Shown: one piece after another, positions 1 to 13,599 of the stretch
How the letters are laid out: the number at the start of each line of letters is the position of its first letter
Position numbering within the stretch: the first letter of the stretch is position 1
From: Tubiluchus corallicola
Lineage: Eukaryota; Animalia; Priapulida
Direction: 5' to 3'
Length of the DNA: 64,000 nt
Assembly (NCBI GenBank): GCA_030141605.1
Contig: JAQGDQ010000167.1
Location: 394,204-458,203, forward strand
The notes under the pieces: generated by a model
The model's input: only the letters and a program-made list of their open reading frames with translations
Told to the model about the DNA's origin: nothing
Database searches by the model: none
Translations under genes and position numbers: made by a program

Positions 1-358
1 TTTTGTGTATACAGTGGTTATCAAGTAGAACGGACGACATCAGATCTGGCTTCAAAAGTCTAACGTCATTATGACTATGGGGAAGCCAAAAGACAAGCTA
101 GTGAAAATTATTAGCTGAAAAACTGATGCTTGTTGATTTTGGCTTGAAGACCGTTGAAGCAAACAACAGATGCTTATAAATCCACTTTATTTTCTTCTCT
201 TCGGACTTCTTGCCTATGGAATTCTCGAACAGAAATTGTTTTCCGGAAAGCTACAGCCGCACTCGATTCAAGAAGAACACCAACAGACATTTTTGTCATC
301 AGTAAAAGAACGTGAATTCTATTTCTCAAAGTAGGATAAATTGTGGCGAATTCAAATC

Positions 359-915
359 TTAAAGGAAAAAAAGTAACTCAGCATGTTGGGTTTGTTGTAC
401 TGTTATCACTTGAACGTAGAAAAATATAATAAAGAAATTTGCAAAAAACTGTAGAAACTAAAGTTAATTTATACTGCCTCTGTATATAAACTTTCAGGCA
501 AGGTGGTAGCACCGTAGCAGTCATTCACTTGAAAATTATGACGTAAGTCGTAGCTTCGTGACTTTTCGTAAGCGCATCGTGTCCTATCGTAAGCGAGCGT
601 CGGTTAAAATAATTGAAACTTCTGCATCTAACCTAATATTCACGCAGAAATATGACAAAATTAGCCTTTTCATTTTTTGTAAAAACTCCTTACACCTTTG
701 ACACCATTGAAGCACGCTGTTTCTCTTAAGTTGACAAACGATTTTATTCGTTTAGAAAAAGAGTTCAAAACGGCAACATCCAATGATCCCGTTTTGAAGT
801 GATTTTACTAATTAAACGAGGCACTTATCGAACTTTTATTACGAAAACTTTCTAATTATTTCCAGATACTGAAATAAGCCTATCTTCTTAGAAGGATTGA
901 CCTTTTCTTGCATAA
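359..915 (+). mobile_element. Kolobok/T2-like MITE, family B (left end intact, right end not resolved)
   Basis: Begins TTAA+AGGAAAA; aligns by eye over several hundred bp to the reverse complement of 25545-26121 and 58225-58660 (e.g. cattcacttgaaaattatgacgtaa; gtgattttactaattaaacgag). Confidence 0.7.
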
Positions 916-2024
916 TCTTGGTATCTCACTCACTTTAGCTTTGCAGAACTTTGCAGCTAACTGTCCAAATGCAGAGCTATCTAAAATATGTGATGTCTCG
1001 AGTTGTTTACAATTTTTAATAAAACATATAAATTTTAATTTGAAAAACCCCCTACCATGCCCGTTAAGGCTTTTCTTGTCTTTGACTTTTTTCCGTTTCA
1101 TAAGTTTGTTGTAAATTATAAATTTACGGTAAATTCTAGTAACTTTGGAGTAAAGTAAGTTATTCGAAGACAAGACAATTTAATGAACAATTAACGAGAT
1201 TATACCTAATCACTAGAGCGAAACTGTTTTTTTATAAAGCCTAAGTCGTTTTATAACTATAAACAAACAATGTTCAGATTATTGCAAAACTTGGTAAACT
1301 TATTGTTGCTCATTGAACATGGGAGTTATAAGTTATAAGTTTATTTATTTCCACTCTGCATCTAACAATTAGAAATTACAAAATGCAGCATATACATGTG
1401 CAAATTACATTACAGAATAATTTTGATGCATACAATTTGAGCCTAAAAGCATAGCTTGACAGGCCGATTCAATTCAATCCAATTCTTGATTTTTTCACAC
1501 ACCGTTTGCGGTCGGACAATGTAAATTTAACCCTTATTTACTCGCACCTAACTTTAGAAACTGATTAGCATAACGGCGATGTTGAATTTGGTGTTGATAA
1601 TAAACAGCAACATTTCTAACAAGCAAATAATTCTTGATGACGAGACTAGATACCATTAAAGGGGGAATATCATGAAAATCAAGTTAAGCTTATTTTATAG
1701 TTGCCTTACCTGTGAACAACGTGGCGAATTCTTTTTAGCAGTACGTTGTCTAATTAATGAGTAATTAACTTTTTTGTATTTCGCGGGAAACGCCAAAGAG
1801 CCGCACTTACGCCTCTTCCGTTAAAAAAATTGAACTAGAGCAGCTCTGCTGATGATGTAGCAGAGTGTACCCGCAGTTTGTTGTGATACTGTCGTACACA
1901 ACTGGACAAAAAATAAAGCTGTTATTACTACATTACAGTATTTGACCTTGGGTCGGATAGGTCAGTAGAGCGCAAACCTCCGTCAAAGCCTTCTCATAAT
2001 CATAAAGCTGTGGTTAATTTACTA

Positions 2025-2230
2025 TTTAAGCCTTTTCACAGTTTCGTTGTGCGCTCGCGCAGTTGCTGTAGGTCAAAGGTTAAGGGTACCACAGGAACGC
2101 GTCTTTTGACTAAGGGTACCAACCGTCACGTGACATTTGAGTAAAACAAAGCCGTCTGCCGCATCAGTTTAGTAACTTTAGTTGCTTTACATGGACTTAA
2201 CTTAATTATGCATTAGTCTGTATATAGAGC
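2025..2230 (+). mobile_element. Left part of TIR MITE family C (PIF/Harbinger-like)
   Basis: taagccttttcacagtttcgttgtgcg...cattagtctgtatatagag matches the first ~200 bp of copies 34785-35150 and 61732-62211. Confidence 0.75.
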
Positions 2231-2296
2231 GCCAATGGCGTTTTTCTTAATTTAAAAACTTTCATCTTCAGTTTTAACAATTATCTTTCTTACATT

Positions 2297-2726
2297 GGTG
2301 AAAGCGAAAATAGAAGTACAGTGCTACTATAAGCAGTTCAGTGTAATATACAAAAACTCTTTATATAATAAGATTAAGATTAAGATGGGCAAGTTTTAAG
2401 ATAAAAATTCAAAGTTCAAGTTTATCACAGTGCTCACGTATGAGCTGTCGAAGGTATGCAGTACGTCACAAACAAACAACTCCGAACTGAGAGGTACAGC
2501 ACCTGTTTTTGTGCAACGCGTTTGTGAAATGCAGGCGCCAGTCTAACTAACGAATGGCGAAATGCATGTAACAGCGAAGAGCCAGTGGCGCGAACGCGAA
2601 ATGCGTTTGTGAGGTAATAATTCTTTCACGTAAGTCATTCTTGAGAAATAGTATATTTCCTTTCAAATTATTTTGCTCAGAAAGAGCAGATTGTTTTGAT
2701 CTAGAGTTTAAAATTTGCTCCTTTAA
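2297..2726 (+). mobile_element. Kolobok/T2-like MITE family A, 5'-truncated copy
   Basis: Shares core (gaactgagaggtacagcacctgttttt; cacgtaagtcattcttga) with 60713-61301; ends cctttaa. Confidence 0.8.
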
Positions 2727-3251
2727 GACAACAATAGTAAATATCAGACTGTTCCTCAGGTAGTGACAGACTTTGCAAGGTATAGGCCTTGCCTTGAGGT
2801 TATTCATGTTAATGCTTTATAGGGTGGTTTAAGAAGCCAGTAATAAGGCTTCTTTAATGCGATATTCGCGTGCCAAAGTTCCATTTTGGTCATGCCTTTG
2901 TTAAGAATTCACTGAAGGAAACAGATTTAAACGAGGCCTATTGACCGAATCAATATATGCACATTTACACAACATGTCTGTCGTGTCTGATGCATTGATC
3001 CGGAGCATAAAAACCTGCATACTCCTATTAACGGGGAAACACTTTCGCAAAAACCTTTCAAACATTTTGAATGCGGGCTGTTCCCTCCTCTGCACGAATC
3101 GCTTTCAATGGCGCTTTTCAAGTTATTGGCTGTATACTCGATGTGTTCACAGTTTTCTCACTTTTGAATCGTTTCAAAAAATCTAGCTAAGCCAAAGGAT
3201 TACAGTAAACATGCAGCTGGACAACAGTTTGAGTAAGCCTACGTAACGTTT

Positions 3252-3252
<1 letters not shown>

Positions 3253-3328
<76 letters not shown>

Positions 3329-3579
3329 TTTTATTTAAACACGGCTTTTGGGTGCAATTAATATTACCTCAGTAGAGCTATTATTGCTAACAATAAATAA
3401 CAAATTACAACTACATAACAGTGACTACTATTGCCCCACTTTTACCTCAATAACACGCGCCGGGCAGGGTAACAGCAACTACCAATTTTAACGTCCTTGG
3501 TATAACTCGACCGCTGTATCGAACTCACGGCCTCCCGGACGGAAAGTGGACGTGTTACCACCAAACTAAACCGTCTGGT
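3253..3579 (-). mobile_element. tRNA-derived SINE with Meta-like central domain and (ATT)n tail
   Basis: Minus strand: A-box-like tttagtttggtggta, B box gagttcgatac, then ggtcgagttataccaaggacgttaaaattggtagttgctg (recalled as MetaSINE-type domain); ends in aataaa + (ATT)n at 3253-3328. Confidence 0.65.
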
Positions 3580-3747
3580 CTGTGCTTTTCTATAGCACAC
3601 TTTCATAACTATACACGAATTATATGAAATGTTATAAGTGTAAAGATCAATCTTGACGAAACACGTGAAGCAAGTCTTGTCTCAGACAAAATTAATGTAA
3701 CGTCCATCTATAGCAGTTTGTTTTCTGTTAAACTTCATAAATTAAAC

Positions 3748-4335
<588 letters not shown>

Positions 4336-4439
4336 CAGATACCAGTCTCTCCACAGTGCAGGTGCAAGTGGGTCTGTGCATTGAAACACTTGTACTAATT
4401 TAATAAATCGATACGATTTTCGACTCATCGATTGCTAAA

Positions 4440-5440
4440 TTAGCAGTTCCTGAACAAATGAACAAATTGACAAAGAGACAAGTGAATAAACTAATCAGAA
4501 ACTGAACATATGCTTATTGAATGAACGAATGAACACCAAAAGAAAAGTTAAATGAAACAACTGATTGTCCTAACAAGGAGACGAACAAGTACACGAATCA
4601 GTGCAAAATTAAATAACAAAGAAAAAGACACGCGAACAATTGAAGCAACATGTGAGCGAATGATGAACACAAGAAAGAATAAACTCAAGCAAACGGTCAA
4701 ATGAACAGCTGAAAGAATGTGCAAATGAGCATGGAAAGGAACAACAATGGAAATGTAGTACTAAAGAATATGCGCGCAATTGCAATGGACAAATGTTGCA
4801 ACAACGAACAGATGGAATAAACAAACTAAACAATAAGTAGTTCGAACCTGGCTGTGACACTTCTGCTGGTTCAGTGACTCATCTTAGAGGCATAGCCTGC
4901 AATGAGTTCGGCTCCGATACTGCAGCAAACATCTAACCGAACAAGACTTGCTGTTGAATGCTGAGTTGCAGCTTAAAGTGTGCTGAATTGTATTACTAAA
5001 AAAGGTGTGAATAAAGGAAAATCTTAAAGGGAAACTTTGACTAATATATTTGACTAATTAGCTTAGAAAGTTAGTTAATGGCAACCGAACACAGCTATTG
5101 CTTACGTCAGAAATTTGAATATCTGAGGTAATTATTATTTAATCTAAGCTTTGATTTAAAAAAAGCTATTGTAGTTTTTTCATTCTGAACTAATGTTTAT
5201 ATAATCGTCCGGTCTTCTTTTAACAGATAAATAAGAAATGAATTAAAACAATAATAAACGAAAAAATGAAGCAAAAAAGCGTTTCAAAGCAAAAATGAAT
5301 TAACAAGCACACGAACAAGTGAATGAATAACAGATATGTGAGTGAATGAATGTTTGAAGAGAACGACGAATAAATAAATCAAAAGAACAACAGATGAACA
5401 AAGAAATAAATGAAAAACAAACAAGTAAACAGATAGACAG
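4440..5440. repeat. Old degenerate A-rich (GAAC/GAAT/AAAC) low-complexity array in two blocks (4440-4830, 5230-5440)
   Basis: Repeated gaacaa/gaatgaa motifs; blocks resemble each other and are separated by a MITE and unique sequence. Confidence 0.55.
5024..5223 (+). mobile_element. Kolobok/T2-like MITE family F, internally deleted copy
   Basis: TTAAAGGGAAAC at left, aatcgtccggtcttcTTTAA at right; 5057-5205 nearly identical to parts of 23012-23430. Confidence 0.7.
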
Positions 5441-6054
5441 TCCAGTGTTGATGCAAGTTGAAAGCGTTGTAGGCCTCAACATAAATTCCCTTTCTTTAAA
5501 CAGATACTATTAAAGGCTCATTGTTATGTATATACCAGTAAAATTGGCACTTTAATTCCTTTCTGAAGATTTTATAATCATTGTTATACTGAAACAGCCT
5601 GGACTACCCGCTGTGACCTCTTCGTAGTTATGATACTGAGACTTTCTTGTAGCGTTAATAATTTAAGCTTTAAGCAGCCTAGTCGTATAGTTTAATTAAA
5701 TATCCCGAGTGCTTGCAGCATTACAGCGCTGAGTTGCAACAATAATTTCTCCTCTGAGATGTTTTTAAGTGAACGCCATTTCGCCTTCGTCATGCAAAAT
5801 TAACAATCTTGATAATTATAAAACAGATAATAAAGTTGGCTACGAGCATAAATTTTTTAATAATTGCGATTATAGAAGGAGGCAGGATTTCGAAACCTAT
5901 TTTGAGCAAGCACAACTTCAACAGCATTTCACGTCGTTGCGATTTTTTTACACCTTTCAGCATCCTATGTAAAGAAACACAGTCCAAATCGCTTTTAGAC
6001 ATAATTGCTAATACAAGTTATGCAATTGTCTTATTACAGCTTGCAGTTAGATTA

Positions 6055-6320
6055 TAATAATGATAATGTAAAACACTGATAATGATAACGATGATGATGG
6101 TAGTGATGTTGGTGGTGATGACGATTGATGATGATGATGATGACGATGATGATGATGATGATGATGATGATAATAATAATAATAATAATAATAATATGTA
6201 ATAGTAATAATAATAACAATAACAATAACAAAAATAATAACAATATTAATAATAATAATAATAATAATAACAATAACCTTTTTTCAAAATCAGCTTTAAA
6301 TTCAACAGACAACACAAGCC
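6055..6320 (-). repeat. Compound (GAT)n/(AAT)n microsatellite attached to a ~50-bp retroposon 3'-end fragment (family G)
   Basis: ccttttttcaaaatcagctttaaattcaacagacaacacaagcct next to the array recurs almost identically at 53678-53721, also next to (GAT)n(AAT)n. Confidence 0.7.
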
Positions 6321-6329
6321 TGTCACTGA

Positions 6330-6384
6330 GCCTTTGAACTTTTCACGATCATCATCAATCCCTGAAACTGTGAAAAGGCTTATT
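6330..6384 (+). mobile_element. Right end of MITE family C
   Basis: cttttcacgatcatcatcaatccctgaaactgtgaaaaggcttatt matches the right terminus at 62165-62211. Confidence 0.75.
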
Positions 6385-7484
6385 TGCCAATTTTCCCACA
6401 TATAAATTGTTTTTTTGTACATTTCAATATAGATATCAAATATGTTTCTGTTGAAATGTTTTTTGGACTACCCCACTATAGTATGTAGTTAAAAGTTCTT
6501 GATAGACTACACTAAAACATGCACGTCTACCAACATTATTATGTTTAGATATTGTATGACTGGCAACGTTAATTGATATTAACTTTGGGGAATACACAGA
6601 CAGCCATTTTCTGTACCAGATCACGAAAATTTAATAGTTATTTTTTATTTTATAAGTGTACTGAAAACGAGAGGAAAGGATCTGTAGGTGTCCGAAAGCA
6701 ATCTTTGCGCATGCGTAAAGTCGCGTAGACCAAGTAGGAAATTTGGCAGCAACATCAAGTGAGCGTTAATAACATGCAAGAAAGTAATACATCATGATGT
6801 TTTGGAATGAGTATAATTAATAATCGTGAATCTGTACGTTACACGCCATGTAGCTTACACGAACGTAAATGCTACAATATCGCGTGCAATGACGCACGCA
6901 ATGACGACGCGGGCGCTTTTGCACAATTGCTGAAAAACGAGTTAAACAAAATCGTCAAAAAAATGATCATAAATATGTAAGCATTACATTTACATATTTA
7001 TTGCCTAAGTTTTTAGTTTTCAAAATTTTGTGATTTTTGAACAAGCACAGGGCGGTTTCTTTCCTGCATTTACACTGGTCAAGATTAAGGGTAAACTTGG
7101 CAAGTGCCGCTCGTGTGTATGGTTCGAGTCTAACAAACAGGCACAAACACTTCCGAGTAACTGCAAACATTTTCTAGTTACGTATATAATTAATTTATTG
7201 TCTCCAAATAGCCAGATTAGTTAATGTGACCTGCCAGATTAATAATAGGTGAGTAAAGATGATTAAATGAAAGTTAGAAATTCATATATATCAGAGAAAA
7301 AATATGCGGAAGAAGAAAAGAATAATGACAAGAAAAAAGACGGAAGGTCAGAGTGAACAAACACAAAGAAAGGAAGAAAGAAAGAACGAGTAAAATAAAC
7401 AAAAAATGAAGAAAAGAAAGAAAGAAAGCTAATTTTTTAACGTAAAAACATGAAAACGAGAATTCAGCTAATGTCATGTCCAGT

Positions 7485-7740
7485 TTTAAACATGACCAAT
7501 AAGAATGCAACTTGAGCCCGCCAATTTTTTTAAACAGAATCAATGAGAATGCAGGTTACTAGACGCCTCGTCTTAAACACCACCTTTGAGAATGCAGTTT
7601 ACTAATTGCTCAATTTTAAATACAGACCAACCAGAGTTTGTATATGACCAATGAGAATTAAATTAAAGCCTCAAACCAAACCAGTTTTTTTTAACACAAC
7701 CAATGGAATTGCAGTTAAAGGTTGAAGCCGCCCCATTTTG
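7485..7740 (+). repeat. Degenerate ~45-bp tandem repeat containing CCAAT (accaatgagaatgca-like core)
   Basis: 5-6 diverged units with ccaat(g/a)agaat. Confidence 0.5.
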
Positions 7741-8074
7741 ATTTAAAATGTATTTTAATGTTCACACATACAGTGATAACTCTAAAAACTCTGACATTAA
7801 GTCAGTTTTGTGTCGTGTGATGTTAAGAAAACGAATTGCATAATTATATTTTTGTTGATACAGGTAACTAATAGAATATATTTGTGTCCATGTGCATGTT
7901 CATATTCATGTTTATGCTCATTAATATGTTCATATCCATATACCAGTCTATATCCATGTATGGTACATTATTAGGTTTTTGTAACATGCTACATTATTAA
8001 ATTAGAGCTCGGAAAATTGTATCAACACTTTAATGTTTTAGATGCCTACGTGTGGTAGTGGTACACATACAGTA

Positions 8075-8173
8075 CGGCAAATGAAATCGCCTAGAATCAT
8101 CGGTATAGTCACCCATCCATTTGTTAGCCAGACTTGGTATTCTTTAACTTTGTAGCTAAAAACGTGTATCATG
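8075..8173 (-). mobile_element. 5S rRNA-derived repeat fragment (SINE3-like)
   Basis: Minus strand ctacaaagttaaagaataccaagtctggctaacaaatggatgggtgac resembles 5S box A/box C region (gaagttaagc...ctggttagtacttggatgggtgac). Confidence 0.5.
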
Positions 8174-8611
8174 ACCATTCGTTGATTCCTTCGCCTCAAA
8201 TGAGAAAGCCAATGAACAAACCAGAAGCCAAGTCAGTTAATCCAAGGAATAAATGAAGCCTGTTGCAAAAACCTAGACTTTGACTAACACTTGAAACTAG
8301 CAGGTTGCTTTTAAATATAACCGTTTATTAAATGAAAATCATCGTTTCGCTGTTCGAGTTGGTTACCATAGCAACGACGAAAAGCACCTCGACGGTCTAC
8401 ATGTGGTGTAATTTTCGCTGAATATAGCAAAGGTTATTAGAAACGATTTTGTGCAATTGCTTATAATATTGTCCAATTAAAAGCTGATATTAGCTCGGGG
8501 ATTATCATTTACATGAAGGTTTAATAAATATAAAAATTGTAAGGTGGTAGATTACAGTTTATGGCGTTTGTTTATTGTGGATACCTATCTATGTTGTGAG
8601 TTTCTATCGGT

Positions 8612-8690
8612 ACAGGTGTCCGAGTGATTAACGCAACGGACTGTGGGCGATGATAAATTTATGAGCCAAGTTCGAATCTCACGACTACCC
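8612..8690 (+). mobile_element. Degenerate tRNA-like SINE head or tRNA pseudogene
   Basis: A-box-like tgtccgagtgatta and B box agttcgaatct; no intact cloverleaf. Confidence 0.45.
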
Positions 8691-10141
8691 GTATCAGCAC
8701 AAACAAGTTTTTATTTATTTATGGCGTCTTAGCGTTGTTGTTTTAGTAGTAGCGTAATCTTTATTTTGCGTTTTTAAAAACATTGACCATCGTAATAAAA
8801 AAGACACACAATCAGTGTTAGTTCATATAGTTCAGGGCAAATGTGTCTGGTGCAAGCTAAACTATAAGTGCAACTAGAAATTTAAAAATAAAATATAAAC
8901 TACAAACACCCAATGCACTATGATAAAACTACACATAATATTTTTTCTGTCTTCAAATACACACACTTTCATGCCCTCACCCCGTACGCACCCATCCAAC
9001 CACCCACCCACACCCACACCTATAGCTAATGTTGTCGGTTGTCCCAGCAACTGTAAATAAGTGTCTTTGTCCTTTTAACTAGTTAGTCGTAGAATTCTAC
9101 AATAAAAAGTTGCAACCTCTGTTAGGAGTCGACTAACGGAACAGAACAGTTTTCTAACACAACCGTCATGAGACAAAAAGCCTTCTGAGTAACACGAAAA
9201 ATGTTTAATAGAAATAATTGAAATAATCAGTAAAAATCACGCTATGAAGAAGACTGCGACATTCAGCACACCGTTGTGTATTAGCTTCAGATAAAAGAAG
9301 GAAAAAAATGAATTAAATTTAAAAGAAAAAACGGCAAATCTCATTGAATAAGTAGCCTAAGTATCAGTTTCAAAGAGCAGATACTTTATAAGTTATAACA
9401 CATCACTAGTTAAGTTAACTCATGAATAAATGAATGTAGATTTACGTTAAAAAGAAGCACAAAAAACAAAATGACATCACTAGTACATACAGTTTGTTGA
9501 TTCATTTTTTGAAATACTAGAGTAAATCTGTATGTATACAAGGGTCTGCTAAGGAGTAACTGAAAGCGTAATCTTCATAGCAATGGCCAATGGTTCACTT
9601 CTCGAGGAAGTCTAAAATTCAACACATCCTTACACAAAATCGACCATTTTCTGTACACGTCGAACCCGAATATCCAAGGCAGGTTCCACAAACGGTCGTT
9701 TTGTCTTAAGACGTAGATTCAAAGAGGCAACATTTCGTTACATTTGTCAACCCTGTTTGCTTTTCTTTTGTGTATTTTTATGATTAATTTGGAGTTTGAC
9801 GAGATAAATCCATAAAAGGTTGCCGCTCGTGTCTGACGGTGACTTTACAACCGTAACCCTTTGCAAATATTAATATTATTCTCGGATTATCTTTGGCTCT
9901 AAATTAATTATAGTTTAGAGTAAGCTAACACCTGGACTGGTGAGAAGCTATCGGGAATTGAATTGAAACTGCGTGGTTTAGCGGTTTAAGATGTTAGATC
10001 CTGGTTCAAAACAAGGCTTAGTCCTGACTTTTTGATGCCATACTTTTTAGTCTTACTTAAGTAATAATTAAGGCTAAAGCCAAGCCTTGCGATTGTATTA
10101 TAAGTTATACACTCGTGCAAAATAATCTTTAGTCATATATT

Positions 10142-10449
10142 CATGGCCGGATTATCATATAGGCTAGTGTGGGCTGCGGCCTAGGCCCCTTAAGCTTTTG
10201 TAACACGTGGTAAAAAATCATTTGCTTCACTGGGGCCGTGTTGAATCTAATGTGTTAATCTGATATGCAATAAATAGTAAAACAGTGGCATTATCTATTG
10301 ACAAACAAAAGACAGCTAATCTAGTTTGTTTAAAGAATTTGCAATAAGTTTACTTCAAGACGATTGCGGGCGAGTTAGTGGGTGGTTCCGTCTGAGGCGG
10401 CCATAATTTTATTAGCCTAGGGGCCCCAAAAGGTCATAATCCGGCCCAG
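10142..10449 (+). mobile_element. hAT-like MITE family D
   Basis: TIRs catggccggatta / taatccggcccag; degenerate 8-bp TSD catatatt/catttata; homologous to inverted copy 19510-19876. Confidence 0.75.
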
Positions 10450-11139
10450 CATTTATAGTGTTTCCATCTTTTTTCTTCCACCTGAGCATAATACTCATTG
10501 GTGCATTTAAACGTCGAGGGTCTCTCTAATTCCGTCTCCTCGAAATAGTTGATGCCAATTATGCAAAATTATGTAAGTGTATAAGGTTAATTAATGTGTA
10601 CAATAATTGTGAATCATTAGAAATTAAATCTAATCTAGGTATCATGTTTTATCTGTCCTACATAGTGTGAAACTGAAAGTGTTTAAAGGTTTTGTTATAT
10701 GAATATGTAAGTCGTTCGTCTGAGCCTGCAAAAAGAGTCACCTTTTTGTATATACGTTCTTTTTTCTAATAAAGATTTATTATTGTAAAAGAAAAATGAT
10801 CTCCTCGATATTTTCTCTAATTTCCTTATTATGACAGATAGTAATATTTCTCTGAGTTTTCAGCAGTTCTTCCAGACTTTAAGGCAACCGTATTTAAACT
10901 GCATAATTTCACAATTGTACAAGTGATTCGATGCATTTTAACTAGAATTTGCATTTAAAGATTTATTTTATCAATTTTGTCTTGTAACTTTCAATTTTAA
11001 TTTTTTACCGTAAATATGTTTTATGAACTTCGTATTCGAAATAAATGGCTAGAAAACATTTTAGGATTGTTTGATTTTTTTATTGACAATTAATTTGTAA
11101 AATTAAATGTTGCATACTTTAGACATTTCTTGGGGCGTG

Positions 11140-11229
11140 TGTTACTATTGAGGTGTATCCATGTTACGATTGAGGTGTATTCATGTTACGATTGAGGTGT
11201 ATTCATGTTACGATTGAGGTGTATTCATG
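11140..11229 (+). repeat. 22-bp tandem repeat x4 (atgttacgattgaggtgtattc)
   Basis: Directly visible; abuts the end of a family A MITE. Confidence 0.9.
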
Positions 11230-11837
11230 AGCAAAATCGGAGCCAATGTTAAACTGTAGGTCAAAACAATCTACTCTTTAAAATATTGAAAGGAAACATA
11301 CTATTTTTTCAAAAATGACTTACGTGAAAGAATTATTACCACTTAAACACAATTTCGCGTTGCGTTTGCCCCACTAATTCTTCGCTGTTACCCGCATTTT
11401 GCCATTTGCTAGTTAGACGGGCACTAGCTCCTGCATTGCACATAAAACAGGTGCTGTACCTCTCAGGTCAGACATGTTACTTTGTGACGAACTGACAGTC
11501 CATGCTTAAGTACGGCGGCAAATTTGAAATTTTAATTTTTTCTTAAAATCTTAAAACTTGCCTAGTTTTGGTACAACACACTGAATACCTTATAGTAGCA
11601 CTGTACGTTAATTTTCACTTTCACAAACACGTGCAACACGTTCAAGGAATATTTTAGCTGTTGAAAAAAAATTATGTTCGTTTGTGATGTCATCAATAGT
11701 TGCCGCCATTAATTAAGTTTTTAATCTATTATTTAATTATCAAAAACGCTTTTGCAGTATTAATTGTGTTAAAATGTATACTGTTATCGGATTAGAAAAT
11801 GAGGTAGTATATAAAAACTCATCCTGTTTTCCTTTAA
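11230..11837 (-). mobile_element. Kolobok/T2-like MITE family A, near full length, inverted
   Basis: Reverse complement aligns to 60713-61301; ends atcctgttttcctttaa. Confidence 0.85.
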
Positions 11838-12582
11838 ATAGCAACAAAAAAGGCTTAGCTCTACACAATAGGTTCTACGCCTAGCATTTTATAAGCATAA
11901 ACAGGGTAGCACGCGCGTTAATGCACAGCCTCTGGTGATTTGCAAATAAGCAAAGCGCAACGCAAGGAAAATGTTCAACTTTTATTAGGAAAAGTAATGG
12001 CTTCTAGACGCGAAGCAAGTTTACCGCGCGCAAAGTAATAGCCCAATAAAATATACAGACAATTTGCGAGTCACAAACACCTTCAGAAATTAAAAACAGG
12101 TTTAATATTGTTTTCACTACTACACAGGCAAGACGGATTGTCACGGATACGGCAATAATTATAAAGGCCAGATAGCAAGACAACTAAGTAATTGAATTAT
12201 ATTGTTTTATAAGGAAAAGTGTTGGCTCTTACTACTCCAGTGTTCAGTTACTATAACTGTGAAGCTAACTTCAATGGTGCTCATAAAACAATATTAAATA
12301 ACAGTCGACTATATAGTCTATTGAATATTTCACACAGTTATTAATAGATCATAGATCTGAGTGGATGATAAGTAGAATAATCACTTGTGAATGTCTCTGT
12401 TTGGCTCAATTGTTTATCATTCCCATAAATCAGTAATGGTCAAAAATGAGACAAATTAGATTAGTGGAAAGTACATGCTGATATGGTAAAATATACTGCT
12501 TAAGCCACAAAGAAATGCTACTGAGTGCTAAGTCATGTTGTAAATTTAAATGCAGGCTTAAGCCATACATTTACTATATGAC

Positions 12583-13195
12583 TTAAACGAAGACAGCATG
12601 ACTTTTCATATTCTATCCCATTTTCAAGTTCGATAGAAAGTATACATTTAAACACAATTAATTCTGCAAAAGTATTTGTGATAACTAAATAATATATTAG
12701 AAACAATTAACGGCGAGCGAGCCCAACTAGTGATGACATCACAAGCTAACATAATTTTCAACATCAAAAATATTCCTAGAGCGTGTTGCACGTGTTTGCC
12801 AAAGCGAAAATTGAAGTACAGTGCTACTATAAGACATTCAGTGTGTTGTACTAAAACTAGGAAACTTTTAAGAGAGAATTTCAAATTTACCGCTGTGCTC
12901 ACGCATGAGCTGTCGAACGTGTATAGTTCGTCACAAACTAACACTGAGAAATACAGCACCTGTTTTTGTGTAATGTGCTTTCGAAATGCAGGCGCTAGTG
13001 CCCGTCTAACAAATGAACGGCTAAATGCACGTAACAGCGAAGAACTAGTGATGCGAACGTGAAATTGTGTTTGTGTGGTATTAAGTCTTTCGCGTAAGTC
13101 ATTTTTGAAAAAAATAGTGTGTTTCCTTTCAATATTTTAAAGAATACATTGTTTCCACCTGCAGGTTAAGATTGGGTCCGGGGTTTTTTCTTTAA
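12583..13195 (+). mobile_element. Kolobok/T2-like MITE family A, near full length
   Basis: Colinear with 60713-61301; right end gtccggggttttttctttaa. Confidence 0.85.
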
Positions 13196-13599
13196 CGCCC
13201 TACCGCATTTATTTATGATTTGATCAACAAATTTCAGTAAATTTCTTTTGTATTGTTTCTTCTGGAAAATTTAGATGGCGTAAAATAATAGGCGTAAGGA
13301 AAAGGGAAGAAAGAGACGAGGAAAGAAAAGGAGAGTAAAAAACAAGAAGGAAAGGAAAAGGAAGAGAAGGAGAAAGAAGGAAAAAAGGTTGAAGCTAGGA
13401 AAGATGGAATAAAAGAATCAGTTGTAGAACAACAGAAAGGAGAACAAAATAAGGAAACAAATAGAAAAGAAAAAGGAAAGCCATATAACAGAAAACATAA
13501 AGACGAAGACGAAAGGAAATAAGTGGAAGTGAACTGAATGTTGTTAAGCGTAAAAGTACTCATGTAAGTAAATAGAGCAGTGGAAATGCGTTAAAAACG

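Noticed and set aside
8612-8690. Functional tRNA genes here and at 19170, 46160, 3500
   Set aside because: A/B boxes present but stems do not pair into a cloverleaf; better explained as SINE heads
12648-13062. Similar short ORFs recurring at 2547, 12648, 15656 and 60754
   Set aside because: Chance ORFs within MITE family A copies; frames not conserved, no transposase motifs
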